The position numbers and the translations under genes are program-made. A stretch of 53,457 bases of DNA, counting the filler, from Sphacelaria rigidula (lineage: Eukaryota), in the NCBI GenBank assembly GCA_964200075.2. It is 4 parts of 4 records of this genome, joined end to end, with 100 filler letters (N's around TTAATTAATTAA, not from the genome) between each part and the next. Parts side by side here need not be neighbours in the genome. Positions count along the whole stretch, not along the records: positions 26,782 to 40,071 come from CAXNAA020002990.1; positions 40,172 to 53,457 come from CAXNAA020002991.1; 2 more parts are not named here. The stretch is one strand, 5' to 3'. Below the pieces are notes generated by a model. It made no database searches and was not told where the DNA came from. It worked only from the letters and a program-made list of their open reading frames with translations. The first letter of the stretch is position 1. Each line of letters begins with the position of its first letter. This document shows, in pieces, positions 38,508-51,746 of the stretch.

Positions 38508-40071
38508 CTGTATCAAGTTGATACACGCACGCACACGCACGCACGCGGGCGGATATAAGGGAACAATACAAGTGAACAGGGTGCAACACTGGGGTTTGTC
38601 GTGGTGGTCGGTGCGGAGGCGGAGGACACATTCAGAACCGTCACATACAACAACACATGGCAACTTTAGAAGTTCAACACCACGAAATTGACCCTTCCTG
38701 GAACCTTCCTCTCTCCCATCCTCGGGCCAGACAAGTCATCATCCACAGACGCCCGTGGCTGCGGAAGGACAGAGAATACGTGCCATCATATGAAATGCGA
38801 ATGCAAAGGGGACAGCCCGCCTCGGTCGGGTCAGTTTCGTCCAACCCTCCGGGCGAAGTGTGTCCAATTATGTCCATGTAGCAGTATCGTCAGTCACAGC
38901 ATAAAACACTCGGTTTTCGAATCGCCAGTTCCGATAGCTCTAGTTTCCTAGCACACGAGGCTGCGTTCTTGTATAACCCGTGCCACGGTGACTTCATAAG
39001 CCATTGCACGCAAAGTCGCGAACCCCTCTGCTGTGCTGTTTAGGCAGGTCATGGATGGCAGTAGTGACCATATAGGCAAAGCGCCCCAACCAAGCACGCT
39101 CTGTTGTACACGCTGCGGTCTTTCATCATATTTAAATGAGCCGCGAAGGGCTGTGTTGTGCTCTGCCTCTTGTCTTCGCAGCACCATCAGCCAAGTCAAC
39201 ACCCAGTCTCCGGAGTAGACCGGACGTGTCTCATTTGTTTGACCAGAAATCATACTGCTCGTGCTGTGAGTCATGAGGGTGCTTGCACATCAATACCCGC
39301 TCGCTGGAAAGTGATCGTTGGTTTCCACGGCGAAAACGGTCAGCACAGCAGTGTTGGGCCACATACATCTTATTTTGGGCGCACCCGATATTGATTGTGT
39401 CGTCTTTTATACTGCCCGTGCAGACACTAAAGAGAAAAACATGACGCTGAAACAAAGAGAAGCATCTGTCAGCAACGTTTATTGCCCCGCCACGGCTGCG
39501 GCATTTTTGAGAATGTCATCACGCACTGGAGGACAACCAGTAAAATACAGCGCCCCTTGTAGGTTGTGCTCATTATTACGGTGCCGCGCGTGTAACGTCC
39601 TGTTGCTGGGTGCTGTGACGACGGTGTGTACACGTTTGGAGGAGGCTACCGTGTGAGAGTGCACCCCTAACTTGTTCTGTGTTAGTAGCTGTCTGTGATG
39701 ACGTTCGTTGCACTTGTTTGTGTTCAAATGCACAACCACACGTGGCATTTCAGAACCGTCCACGGGTGCACCGATCTCTAAATCTTCCAAAATTGGCCAA
39801 AGTGTGGGAGAAAAATAAAGTAACATATCAACAATACCTGCATAAAAAAGCGTATGTTCCGGTCGTCAGTGTAGAGGTGCCTAGTATCAAAAGAGTTCAA
39901 TTAATTCAACATCTTGCACGAGTCAGACGCTAGCTATTGAGAATTTCAATTTTAATTTTATTATAGTGTCCACATTGGAATCGAGGGGTAGGGAGGGGGG
40001 GGGGGGGGGGGGGGTTCTTTTGGTGTGCTGCCCGGGGGGGGGTGCGGTTGGACCCCGGGGGGGGGGGGGGG

Positions 40072-40171
40072 NNNNNNNNNNNNNNNNNNNNNNNNNNNNN
40101 NNNNNNNNNNNNNNNTTAATTAATTAANNNNNNNNNNNNNNNNNNNNNNNNNNNNNNNNNNNNNNNNNNNN
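40072..40171. other. Artificial contig linker
   Basis: N44-TTAATTAATTAA-N44. Confidence 0.97.
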
Positions 40172-40532
40172 AGTCTAGTTGGTTATCTCTTACACCGTCA
40201 CGAGTCTAACCACGTCGGGCAGCTCTATTACTTGGAATTAGAGTGCCCCCGAAAGGGTGGCCTTGAGTGAAATTTTCGGGTATTGCGCAATTCTTCATCG
40301 AAATCCGATCCTTCATAAACCTCACAAAACAATCGTGTATCCGATTACCAGAGTAAATTTTTTTCGGTTCGTGTAACTGACCTAGTATTACCGCAGTTCA
40401 TGTATTGCATCTGTACAAGTGTTCCGATATCAACATGTTTGACGTAGCGCGAAATAATCTATCCTCCGCAGAATCTCATGCATGCTGAACAAAACAAAAT
40501 CTAGCCGATCGACTAGTTCAACCACGATAAAC

Positions 40533-43500
40533 CCTCGTCATAGTCTTACTTTCGTCGTGCGCCAGTTTGCCGTTCCCCGCCGTTTTGATTCGTCGGCGTC
40601 CCTCCGCGGCATCATCGCCAAAGTAGCCCTTGAGTCTCCGCAATAGATCCGCCGACACCACACCAAGAGCAGCAAGGGATGCGCTTCGCACTCGATATTT
40701 TCCGGAGTTTTTCGAAACAGCAATGGATACATCTTGCGGATTTTCTCCCAACGGAGCGTCATCGTCGTGAGCCCAATATCGGAACCATAATGATGAGGCG
40801 GTGGAATTTCCGCTGCTGTTTACAATAGTCACCTACATAGTTCCATCATAAGAAGACGCAGGCGAAGGGTACGGGGGAAGGGTGGAGGCGTAGGTTTGAC
40901 ATCGGTGCCGTGTAGTGAAGGGGTAGTAGTCCTTGGTTCCCTGCAGTTGTACTTGAAGTGCTTGAAAAAAAAAGCACATTGGCGATAGAGGAATTGGTCG
41001 AGTAGGGCCACGATAATTGGGCGTACACCTCTGGTGTCGTATCAACAGCCTGGAGGAACAGACGCATATCTGGAGAGCGGAGGAAGGAGGAACATCGAAC
41101 GCCCACCCTTTACACGGAAATCCCGCGTTAGACTTCATCGCCCCGAGCTCAGAGAGACATTTCCAACGGTACTACAGTAGGGATGGCGATTTTGATTCAA
41201 TGAAATGTCTCACGTTCTTACTGTCCTTTGCCGCTCAACCATGCACTCACTTCCCCACCCTTGTCGTTGCTCTTGCTCCCACCACCACCTACAGCCCCAC
41301 TAACTCCGCCCACCGCCGGGCCTCCGCCTGCCCCCTCTTCTCCACTTAAACTCCAGCTGCTGGCGAGTGCGCCACCGATATCGCGTCCAGAGAGTTGCCG
41401 CTCATGATTTTGCCCCAACAACATGTCCTCGAACAAGTCGGGAAGGGGAACGGGAGATTCGTTCGTGGTAAAAATGATGTCGTGACGGGAATGACGGGTC
41501 GCCGTTTTCTCCTCACCGCCATCTCTCATCTCTTCGCTAGCAATACTATTGCTCTCCCTGGTGTTGCTATCTCCCCTTAACACTCTTGTCGCCATGGCCA
41601 AGGGTAACCGGACATCGCACCGCGCCGACATCGGTTCAGCTCCCGCTACGACGGCATCTGCAGCAGCACGCGCAGAATCGGCAGCGCCGGTTGTTGTTAC
41701 ATTTACACCGTCAATGGAGGATGACGAAGGGCGAGTGTATACCACCGATGCATGCCCCAAAATAGTGGACGGCGTTCGTCCAGTCCCCGCCTCTGTCCGA
41801 AAAACCACAGGAACCACACAAGGATCCAAAGACGAGCGGTTCCCCAACTCGTCAAAACTCCCGATTCCCATCCCTCTCACCGGGGGGAGCACTACCGACG
41901 TGGGGCGGGCCGAAATTCCCGCCGGGGGTGACACGTTGAGCGTTGCATCGCGGAGCTCACCCGACCCGGAGTAGCTGATAACTAATCGTACGGTCACCGA
42001 TGTTTGTGTACACTCTGCCGCGGGGTTGGCGGTGTGAAACGCGGAGGAGTGTCGTCCTGAAACCCGTGCTCTGTCAGCATCATCGTGCATGAATTGTCCC
42101 CCTGGTGAATCCGGATGTCGTACTTTCCGCTCTCCTACTCCGACCGGGGGGTCTAGGAACCGCGGCACTTGAACCTTTAGGGATAGCTTGCCAACGGGTG
42201 GTCGGGTTGAACTGATCTTACTCCGGTGTATCACCTATTTAGTTGTTTTTGAGTCAAACAACACATGTGATCAGAGGGGAGGTTGAGTGCCTGCATAAAT
42301 GGCTTTGACTTCACCTTTCCGCACCAAAAGCTGACTGAACCTAGATTTACCAGGCTACTCGTTTCACTTCCTATCCATTAGCCAGATTTACTTGGAAGTA
42401 CGGATGAACGACATTCTTTGTGGCGGACGAAGAACTTTGACGGAAGACTCTAAGGCAAAAGCTCATATGCTTTTTTTCAGTATGTCCATTACAAGGAACC
42501 CCACTCTAGAGTATGTTTGGTGGGCAAGAACCGCCCTGCTACTACTGCAATGCAATGGCGCCGGAGTGCAATCATTTTTTCTCCGCGATACCCAAACGCT
42601 ACCTGCAAAAGTTTGCGATGCTCCTGGTTGATATGGTCGTAATCCACCTCCTTCGAATCCGATCCCATGACTGCGGACGTTGGTGGATCTGTGCCCTGGT
42701 AGCAGATGCTCAAAACTCCGGCATCATCCAAGCTACAGATCAAGCCCGGCAAGCTTCCCACCTTCACGACGGTCAGAGCCACTGCGGCTCGGCTCACCGC
42801 TGCTTGCCACACTAATTGCATGTCCTAAGGAAAAGCAAAAGAGCGCACGGCGTGTTCCAGTTGGGTTGGATGAGTGTCGCGTGACGGCACAATACCTCAC
42901 GCGTCTAACATGTGGAATACAGACTAACTTGATTCTAGCAGGAATAGAAAAAACACTACATGCACTACAGCGCGAAGCAAACCAAAACCACGCGCGTATC
43001 CAGACACCCTCTGAATTTGGCCACGCTCCTGTTCGCGCGTGGAAAACACTTTTTACGGATGCACGGGTGAAAATCAGCAGTACAACACACTCTCGATGGG
43101 GCACCTTGTACACCAGCAGGACATCCGTGTCAGCCGCTACAATCAAGTTCTCCTCTTCGATCACGGTGGAAAATCGTACGTCTGTCTCATCCACTGTGGT
43201 CCCTGCGAGCCTCTCACCCTCCCCTCCTGGTGCAGCCGCCACGGCATACTTGCACCCGCACGCCGGCTGGTACCCTAACATCTTCTGTAGCCTTATTGTA
43301 CCTTGTTCGCGTAGCGTAAAGAGAGTCTTCTCCCCCAAAACCACGATATCCACGCACCCTGGTCCCAAACAGCGGGAGAATTTGGCCACGAATATGTCAA
43401 GCACACGCTCTCCAAGACGACAGGACCAGTAGGCCTGCAAACCACGCGCGGTTGATATTCCCTCTGCTTTCCCTTCTTCACGGTCGCCTTGGCTTGCAGC

Positions 43501-46045
43501 TAGTGCCTGACAGTTGGAGGGAGGGCCGGTAGGGGCGGGGCCCAAATTAATGAGGGAATGATCAACACACGCACAGGCTGTCGCCCTATATCATTCGGCT
43601 GTCGTGCGCTTCAGGTACAGCTACATGATTGCGCTGAGATGAATCCATGCGTATACCTGTTCCAATGGATGTAGGACTCAGCAAGATTTCGAGAAGCCGT
43701 AGTCGGCAGCATTCACGTCCTGGATGTGCCAAGACCGATCGACAGCAAATTGTTCTATTCCTTTACGAGTTTTTGCGGGGGACACTTCGCAGCATTTTTT
43801 TCACGAACGTGCGCGCCCGCAGAAGCCCCTGCGCATGCTTGCTCGAAGACGCTCCACGGGACGGAGACGCCAAGGTGTATCATTGCCATTGTCATGCGAA
43901 CTGGCCAGTCACCGTATGGGTTGCACGCGTTCCCGGCAATAGGAACTGCAGTGTACTCTGATCTCACTTGATATTTATAGCAGTCGACACCCATTTCGCT
44001 GTTACCCACAACGAGCGCGTCGATCTTAGCGACGTAGCACATCGGTCCCGGGGTCATGATCCTGTGTAACCGCCGAGTGAAGGCATGCGCATCCTGCTCG
44101 AAGACCTGTACTTGAAACGTCAACAACTTTGGAGTGAGATTCGACGAAACGACAGTGAGACCGCGTTGTTCTGCTTTCGACTGTAGATCGGGTACCATGA
44201 ATCCGGCAGATCGAAAACCATTTAAAGCTGAGTAGGCAACGCTCCCGGCGTGCCTAGCAACAGTCCTGACCCTTTTCAGACATTGGACTGTACGCTGTCG
44301 ATTGTAACTTTGTGGGAATACAATGCCGAAAACAGAAATTAACGGCATGAACGACACACGGTGGAATGGGTCGAACTTCCCAGTTGTCCCTGTCGTATCG
44401 GGAGTTTCAGTCGCTGTTTCGTGCGGACTGCGATACCAGCTTGCTTCAGACGCATGTTCAACGCAGAGTGCTCGCCCACTCATGAGAAACAGCTATTTTG
44501 AGCGAGGTTCAAAACCTTATTTTGGCACCCGATATGGGTGTTATTTCTTATTTCATTATTTCCTATGCGTAGCGAAGAAGAAGGGACCTGTTAATTATTT
44601 TGGTCGATTATTTCCCCGCGCCTAGCAATTTCTTCATGTTTCTGACGTCAGTTGTTCTTCGTACTTACGAACGTTCGTCAAACGATCTTGATCGATGTCC
44701 TGCCGCCCCGTTTCTCATTATGTCCCATATTTTGTGCTCAACTTCTGACGATAAACTTTTTAGTTTTTCGAAATTCTAAGACTCAGTTTCTCACGAAGAT
44801 ATTTCTTATGATTGGGTCGGCACTGTATATTCACTCACGTATCTGCACACCAAGGGTGTGACACATGCATACACACAAACAACGGGAAACCGTCGTTTTG
44901 TGCCATGGTACTGTTGTCATCTCCCCCGTTACTCTCGGCACATTGTTCGTACTAAAACAACAAACATCGAGTAGACCAGCAGACGCGATGTAGATGTGCG
45001 ACCCGACAGCCACCCACCTGCAGACGGCCATCCATGCTCTGCACGCAAAGCAGATCCCTGGAGACACCCCCGAACCCCCCATGAGTCATGTTATAAGCCG
45101 TGAAGTGTCCCCCGTCGACCCCACCCAGTACATGTTCGTAGGCTTTTGCCAGGTTAAAGTAGCTAGCTTTGACCCCCTGCCCACCGATCGCCTCGAGCGT
45201 GTAGACTACGAGTTTTCGAGGGTGCAGCACAGCGATAGACTCGATCTGAGGCGCAGCCCTGTGGCGTTCGGGAGAAAGGTGCGAATGCATTTGTTGGACT
45301 ATTTGTTCATGTGTCGTAGAAGGGTTGGCATGCTCAGCATGTTCCAACTCTGAGAGAGCAACGGTTCGTGTGAACAAGGACTGTAGCGACAGCAGGATCG
45401 CGGAGTGCTAGTCGTCTCCGTCTGCAACGATCGATATGAAATTGGACTCTTCACGGACTTCTCGTAGACGCTACTCGTAGAGCCAAGAAGAAGCGACATA
45501 GAGCCAAAAGTAGCAGTACCAACATGGAGATAAATCGTCCAATACACACTTGATCGATGTCAGCCGATGAGTTGCAGGGGGAAGAGCTTATTATAACCAA
45601 CCCACATGGTGCGATGAAAAACCATGATCCAGACTACGAGGGCGTCCAGTACGTACGTATGTAATCAAGGTTCCTCCCTGTCAGAAACCTCACAATGGAA
45701 CATCATGTACGTGTCACATACATATACGCGCAAATATGACATCTGCGCACAACGGCGAGACGCATTTGCCATCCATATCAGGTACTCTCACGGAATGAGC
45801 CGCCCGACAGTCACTTGAAGGATCGGGGCCCCGAGATCTTGCTCCAGCAATAGGTCCTCTATCCGAAAATAAGGCTGCTTAGGGTGGTGCACCCGGAGCA
45901 TACCCTGGAAGCTGCCAGTCACGATTTTAACTTGGGTGTTGTCGGAGTCATTGTCCACGTTCCCCAGAGCCATGGATCCCCTATCAAATTCTTCTTGCTC
46001 CCCGAGTTTCGCTGACCACCACTCCCTTGCCCGGAACAACGACAT
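40533..46045 (-). CDS. BBS9: BBSome subunit BBS9/PTHB1 (3' end cut by the contig end)
   Basis: Exons 46045-45792 (MSLFRAREWW..IVTGSFQGMLRV), 45258-45018 (IAVLHPRKLVVY..LCVQSMDGRLQ), 44105-43968 (PGPMCYVAKIDA), 43506-43105 (IVVLGEKTLF), 42824-42603 (ICYQGTDPP), 42234-41251 and 40832-about 40533 (SKNSGKYRVRS). All are phase-consistent GT-AG. Confidence 0.95.
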
Positions 46046-46514
46046 GGCTGCTGCGTCTTCCTTTCTGTGACACGGTGGCTGGCTCTGGCTCGAAGTACTG
46101 TATATACTGGAGGAGGGGTTGAGAGGTTTCCCTCATATGTAGCTACGCTTCGTTCCTATATCATGTGTTCTTTGTCAAAGTGCCGACGCGGCGAAGAGCT
46201 TCATCTATGCATTCTTCTCGGCAGCAACCCATCCAAACGTGCATTTTATGCTAGAGGAGATGTGCCTGCGATGGAGAACAAAAACTACACACGGAGCAAC
46301 GCCTGCCGGTGCCGAATTGTAGGGCAGAACAAGATCCGATCCCACACCCAGCATAAGTCTGTATTCCATTGCCGTTGTCATTTTCTAATCAAAATCATAC
46401 TCCAATTTTGTAGTCCAACACGCCAACTTACCCGACAGGAATGTGTGGCACGCCCAAGACACTCACCACACACCCCTGCTCTGTGTCGGCAACGACACCA
46501 CCCCCAACTCCACC
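46046..46514. promoter_or_regulatory. Probable bidirectional promoter/5'UTR region between BBS9 and RPS25
   Basis: Divergent start codons at 46045 (-) and 46515 (+), only 469 bp apart. Confidence 0.6.
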
Positions 46515-49500
46515 ATGGTAAGTATGCTATAGCTTGATTGTAACAGGGCAAGCTATGGTCTTCATTGCCCTGAAATCCATTCCAAATAACTAGAATGTTG
46601 CTGTTGAATGCACTCACAACAATGTGGGACAATTTCCCGTGGTGGCGCTTTGGGGTAAGGATTAGAAACGCCATGAGACGGTAGTACGGGTTTTCATCGT
46701 GCAGGTGGGTTGGCTTGTCGTTACTCGCACGGTATTGTGGGGTCGCCGCCTGAAGTGTAGAAGATGGACTAAAGTTGTCGTAGATGTGCTGTGTGTGGTG
46801 TTTGGTTGGAACGTGTTTGGCCATCTATTTTGAGCTGGCGCTGCTACTATTGCAAGGGAGAGACGAAGCTTCGCTAGACTGGGTTCACGGCTCTATCGGC
46901 ACCTGGTATTTCAAAAGTAGCGCACGACAGGGCACGTGCAGGCCAGGAGATACTGGTCGGCTGAAGCTACCATTACTCTTCTCGAGGAAGAGCGCGATTC
47001 ATCCTCCTGTCCGTGTTGAAATAAACTACAAAGGTTCTCCTATGCTGCCGTACTCGGCAAGGACAGGAAGTAGAGTGCAGTACACTATCGCAGTAAGTCC
47101 CACCAATGCGGTGCGGTGCGGACTTGTACAGGGACCTCACAACCAGTTGCAGCTAAATGTACGACGTGCTGAAGGTGCTTAGCTGGGACAGGTGTGCATG
47201 TCGAAGACGCCAGCTTGGCACTCACCAGTAGGTCAACATGAGTGGAGACTACGTCATTTTCGTCTCTACGCCAACTCGCGCACACTGCTCTATGGAAACG
47301 TCCTGCTCCTCGCTGCCTGTTCTTCGTGACGCATATCGTACCTGTGGCAATGGATGATGACTGCTTGGATGTCGGTGGATGTCTGCTGCATGCATATCGA
47401 GTAGCCGCCGAAGACGCAGCAGAAGTCGAAGGAGCAAAAAATGGCCGCCGCCATGGCCGGTGGCAAGGGCCGCAAGAAGGCGAGTTGACCAATGATGGTA
47501 TGAGCAATCTTGTACGTACGGTACCGTCTCTACGGACTGTACCGGATGGCGTTATTTATGTACGTCTTGCTATCTGTCGCCCTCGCCGCTGGGTGTCCAT
47601 ACTGAACCATACTTGCTGCCAGGGCGTAAAGAGGGACTGATCATGTTCAAATCTCGTGAGTCGGTGAGTGTCGAGCCTACAGACAGGATGCCACGGGTAC
47701 CGAGGAACTTGAATGTGCAGATGGGTGATCATTCCGTGCGACGTAATGTACATGTCCCGACTTCTTGCCCCCAACTTGTTGTAACATGTGTACATCTGTC
47801 CCGCGAGGTGAGCCCTCCGTCGCGGATGATGTCACGCAGGGATGATCCATTTGTTTTGAAAAGTGATTTTACTGGGTTGTGGTGACTTTTGTGGTGATGG
47901 AGAAGCAAAAATACAGCGCCCACTGCTGCAGTGAAGAGTATTATGCACTAAGTACTCGTGCTTCTGTAGCAGGTGCAGATTAAGGAATACTGTCGGGCCC
48001 AGTCTGAACCCGCTTTTTTCTTCCAACCTTTCCGCGGGCAAGACGATGTCTCTCGCCACCATCCGTGAACCAGGTACAGATTTTGCATGATATTCGAACC
48101 TGTTGAGTAACATGGATCTCTGAATATGAAGCACAGCCGATCACGCGCAAAATTGATTGAAACTGCAATCTTGCCTCGCTTCGGTAGTAGCATATGTCAG
48201 CGACGGTGCACTAACCACGAGAGTGCGCGCAAAAGATACGGTCATGGGTCCAGATTCTGCTCGCGAGGGAAAACCTCGTGCAGTAGAAAAATCACGCCTT
48301 GTGGGTGCGTCTTGAAGTGCTTTTTTTGGGTGCACAACGATTTGAACAGTGCAAGATGTATGTCCACTCGGTCAAGTTTACTGCCACGTACCGTGGTTGT
48401 TGCCTTCCAACCATTGGGAACCGAGTAACCTACTCACCAACGGATCTGGTGCTCGGCCGAAAGGGGTGAACGCCTGCGGCCATGGAATTAATATCCGATA
48501 CTACACTCGGCACATTTTCATGAACTCAAACTTGCAGGAGGAAGCGATTCTTTTGCTTGACATCGCGACACAAATTTGCAGCTTTCGGAAACATGATGGC
48601 TTTGAAAATATCATGAAAATTTACATGTGAGAGTATCCCGAGAAATGAATACTGACGCGATATTCAGACATCTCGGAAACCACGAATACCTGGCCCAGTC
48701 AGAGTGGAAATGCACATGATACCTCGGAATATACATGATGAGTCATGTCGCAATTATCTCACGTTGCCATTTCTTGAACCAGGCACGAATCTCACACGAC
48801 TATCCTTGAGTGAGACACCGAAAAGAACAGTATTATATCCCCATATTTGGATCAGTGTAGTCGAGCAGATGGAATCATGAACTTCATGTCGTTAGCTCAT
48901 CTTGGCCTTGTATCAAAAGTGAAAACTCGGCTGTTTTCATCACGTACGATGACCACGGTGGTCACCATCGCAATGACTCTTGGGTGTAACCACGGATGTC
49001 CCATGGTTGCGAGAGGACGAAGAAAGCTCGTGCAACGACGAGGGACTGGCATACAAGCCAGGTATGGGCAGCTGTGGTCGGCTTAGCCCCATCCATCGGA
49101 AACGAAATTTGGTTGAATTGTGCCCAATCCCCCCCCCCCCCCCCCCCCAGATACACCGTCAATTGAGGTGATGGCATGTGGAAATACATGATGATACAGT
49201 CGGTATTATGAGAACAGTGCACAGTGTCCGACCAGAGTTCACGAATGCAGTGCGATTCATCGCCCTCCAAGTACATGGACAGCAGAGTGTAGGATAGTAC
49301 AGTACCGTTTGTCATTACGATACATTCAAAGATTCGGTCCAGCATGACATATTTACCATCGCAGCAGGGTACGGCGTCAACACTCCTTACCCGCTTGTCA
49401 CACCCCGTGCGAAGTTGCTCAGCAGCTGCCGCCAGTAGGGACACCGTCATGAAACTCTCTGCTCCTGGGGTTGCACAAATATTCAACCCTTGTTGCCCTG

Positions 49501-51746
49501 TCACCGCACGTCAATGTACATACGTCACTTCCCAGAGATTCGGGAGACCTCAATTTTCCCCCGATTTGTGCCCAGATTCGAGGAGGGACCTGGGGAAATA
49601 CGCGTGATCAATAGTTGACACAAAATAGATGCTGCTAACCCTAACGCTTCTAACCCCAACCCGAACCCCCGACCAAGGCATACAGAGAACCCTGGGTGTA
49701 GTGTGTGTTGCCGAAGCTCAAATCGACGCCTTTCAGCCGATTTTGGACCAGAACACGTTTTGAACGAGTGCTCACAGCTCACCTGCCCCGAGCCATGAAT
49801 TTTCTCCGAACTTTCTTTAGTCCAAAATCCAGTACCAACCATTGTTCACATGCGTCTTGTAACGTCTACCATTATGATCAACATGGACAACGTCTCTGGA
49901 GCAGCATGGCGAGGAGAGAAAGATCATGGCGATTTGAAGTTGCAGCAAAAACAAGATGATGTCCCGAGTTCAGGAAAGAAATACGAATGTGCATCTGCTC
50001 CCCCTTATATATCATTTACTTGGGTGCAAGAAGTCTTACGAAATGTTGGATCAAAAGTTGCCGAATTAGGGCGTGCGTGCAACGTTGTGCATGACACTCC
50101 TTCATCCCAGTGGTCACAGTGATACGGCCGACCGCGATTACGGAGGTGACGAGATCGGATCTCGACGCAATCTTTTTTTCCGTCATGGGAAGTTTTTTTG
50201 CAACATCCTGGAGCGCACAAAAACAAATACGGAACCCCCACTCCATTTTGCATCATCCTGGGGTGCATCGTATGTGAAAATCGGCTCTGATATCCTCTCC
50301 CACTCTGGAGGTGCCGACGACATTGATGCCGTCTCTCTGTCCCACGAGTACCATTTCTGCTTGCGACTCAGTGTTGATCTTCGGATATACCTCGTGCGGG
50401 GTAACTGCTGATGCACACTCTCCCTATAAAGAAGAACGCACTCCGACACGCCATCAATCAACGATGTCAGACGCACCACTACTCTATTCAGTACGAAAAC
50501 GTATCGGGAATACGACGCCAATCGAACAGCAACGCAGTCCATCAACAGGTGGGTGTGTACTTCACAGTGATATGCTTACAATCGTCGAACCCATTGTATC
50601 GTGATCTTGGCTCTGACCCCCTCTCCCGTCCCGCCCCCCTTTCCGCTCAATTCGGTCCGTCGGCTACTGTCTTGCCTTTTGCTCCTCTGGCGAGAGCAGA
50701 AGTGGTCGAAGGGAAAGGTGAGGGAGAAGGTGGCTAACCAGGTCCTCTTCAATGAAGATACGTACACCCGTTGCCTCGCCGAAGTGCCCAAGGTGAGAGG
50801 TTTGGGTCTGACAATCAAGTGTCCTTAGAAGTGTGGCTGCGATCCCACACTCGCGAGGTTTAGCTGCTAGTTTTAAAATCTCGAATGACGAATTCGAGAT
50901 GAGTTCATCCAATATGCATCAAAACCCCACGGGTTTTCCCCTTCTGGACATGATGTGTTCTGATCATCACTTGCTCTAAGACGACGAGTCGGGTCAAACA
51001 GGTCTCTTGTGCCTGCCATGATGTCAGCAAGGCAGACACCGAATTACCGACATTTTCCAGCCAGACATTTCCTGTGTGATTCCTGGATCAAACCACGGGC
51101 TCACTACCGACAGTAGGCCGCAGTCGGTGCGCTTGGTCACGTGTGGAATGGTGAACGAGCGCATTTGACGACCGGTCAAGCGCGTCATACACTTCGGGTT
51201 GGTTATCCTTCTGCAGCGAAACGTCATGAGTGTAGCTGGTGTTTGCTGTTCTGTTTGCCTCGAAGATGCCGACAGTATCTTTCCACACCCTGGACAACAC
51301 GTTTTCATGGGTTGCAACTTGTAAGGGTACTGCGTGACGTGATGGTCTGTTGCAACTGTTGACCACTTCGTGTCTGGGGTGTGATCTGCTGTATTTTTGG
51401 GATAGTGTTGATGTATCCACGCGTGTCATTCCCTTGAATGATTGAGAGTGAACAGTTTTTTGAGTTTTGCGTTGAACACGGAACATATTCCCGTGCATAC
51501 TTCTGGACTGTGCTAAAAGTACGCATAGACGTGTCGCGGTTGTATTCAGCTTCCTGACCCTCGGCCTGCCGCATGGTTTTACAGATGAAGCTCATCACCG
51601 CATCGGGATTGGTGGAGCGGCTGAAGGTGAACGGATCGTTGGCACGGGCTGCTATCCGAGAGTTGGAAGAGAAGGGTCTCATCAGGAAGGTCGATGCCCA
51701 TCACGCCCAAGTCATCTACACGCGTGCTACCAACGTGGAGGAGTAG
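46515..51746 (+). CDS. RPS25: 40S ribosomal protein S25 (eS25), 110 aa
   Basis: Exons 46515-46517 (ccaccATG|gtaagt), 47405-47479 ([25 protein letters not shown]|gcgagt), 50700-50792 ([31 protein letters not shown]) and 51585-51746 ([53 protein letters not shown]). Confidence 0.96.

Noticed and set aside
38400..40832. BBS9-VPS13 fusion or gene cluster
   Set aside because: The two are separated by an artificial contig linker, and both genes are simply truncated.
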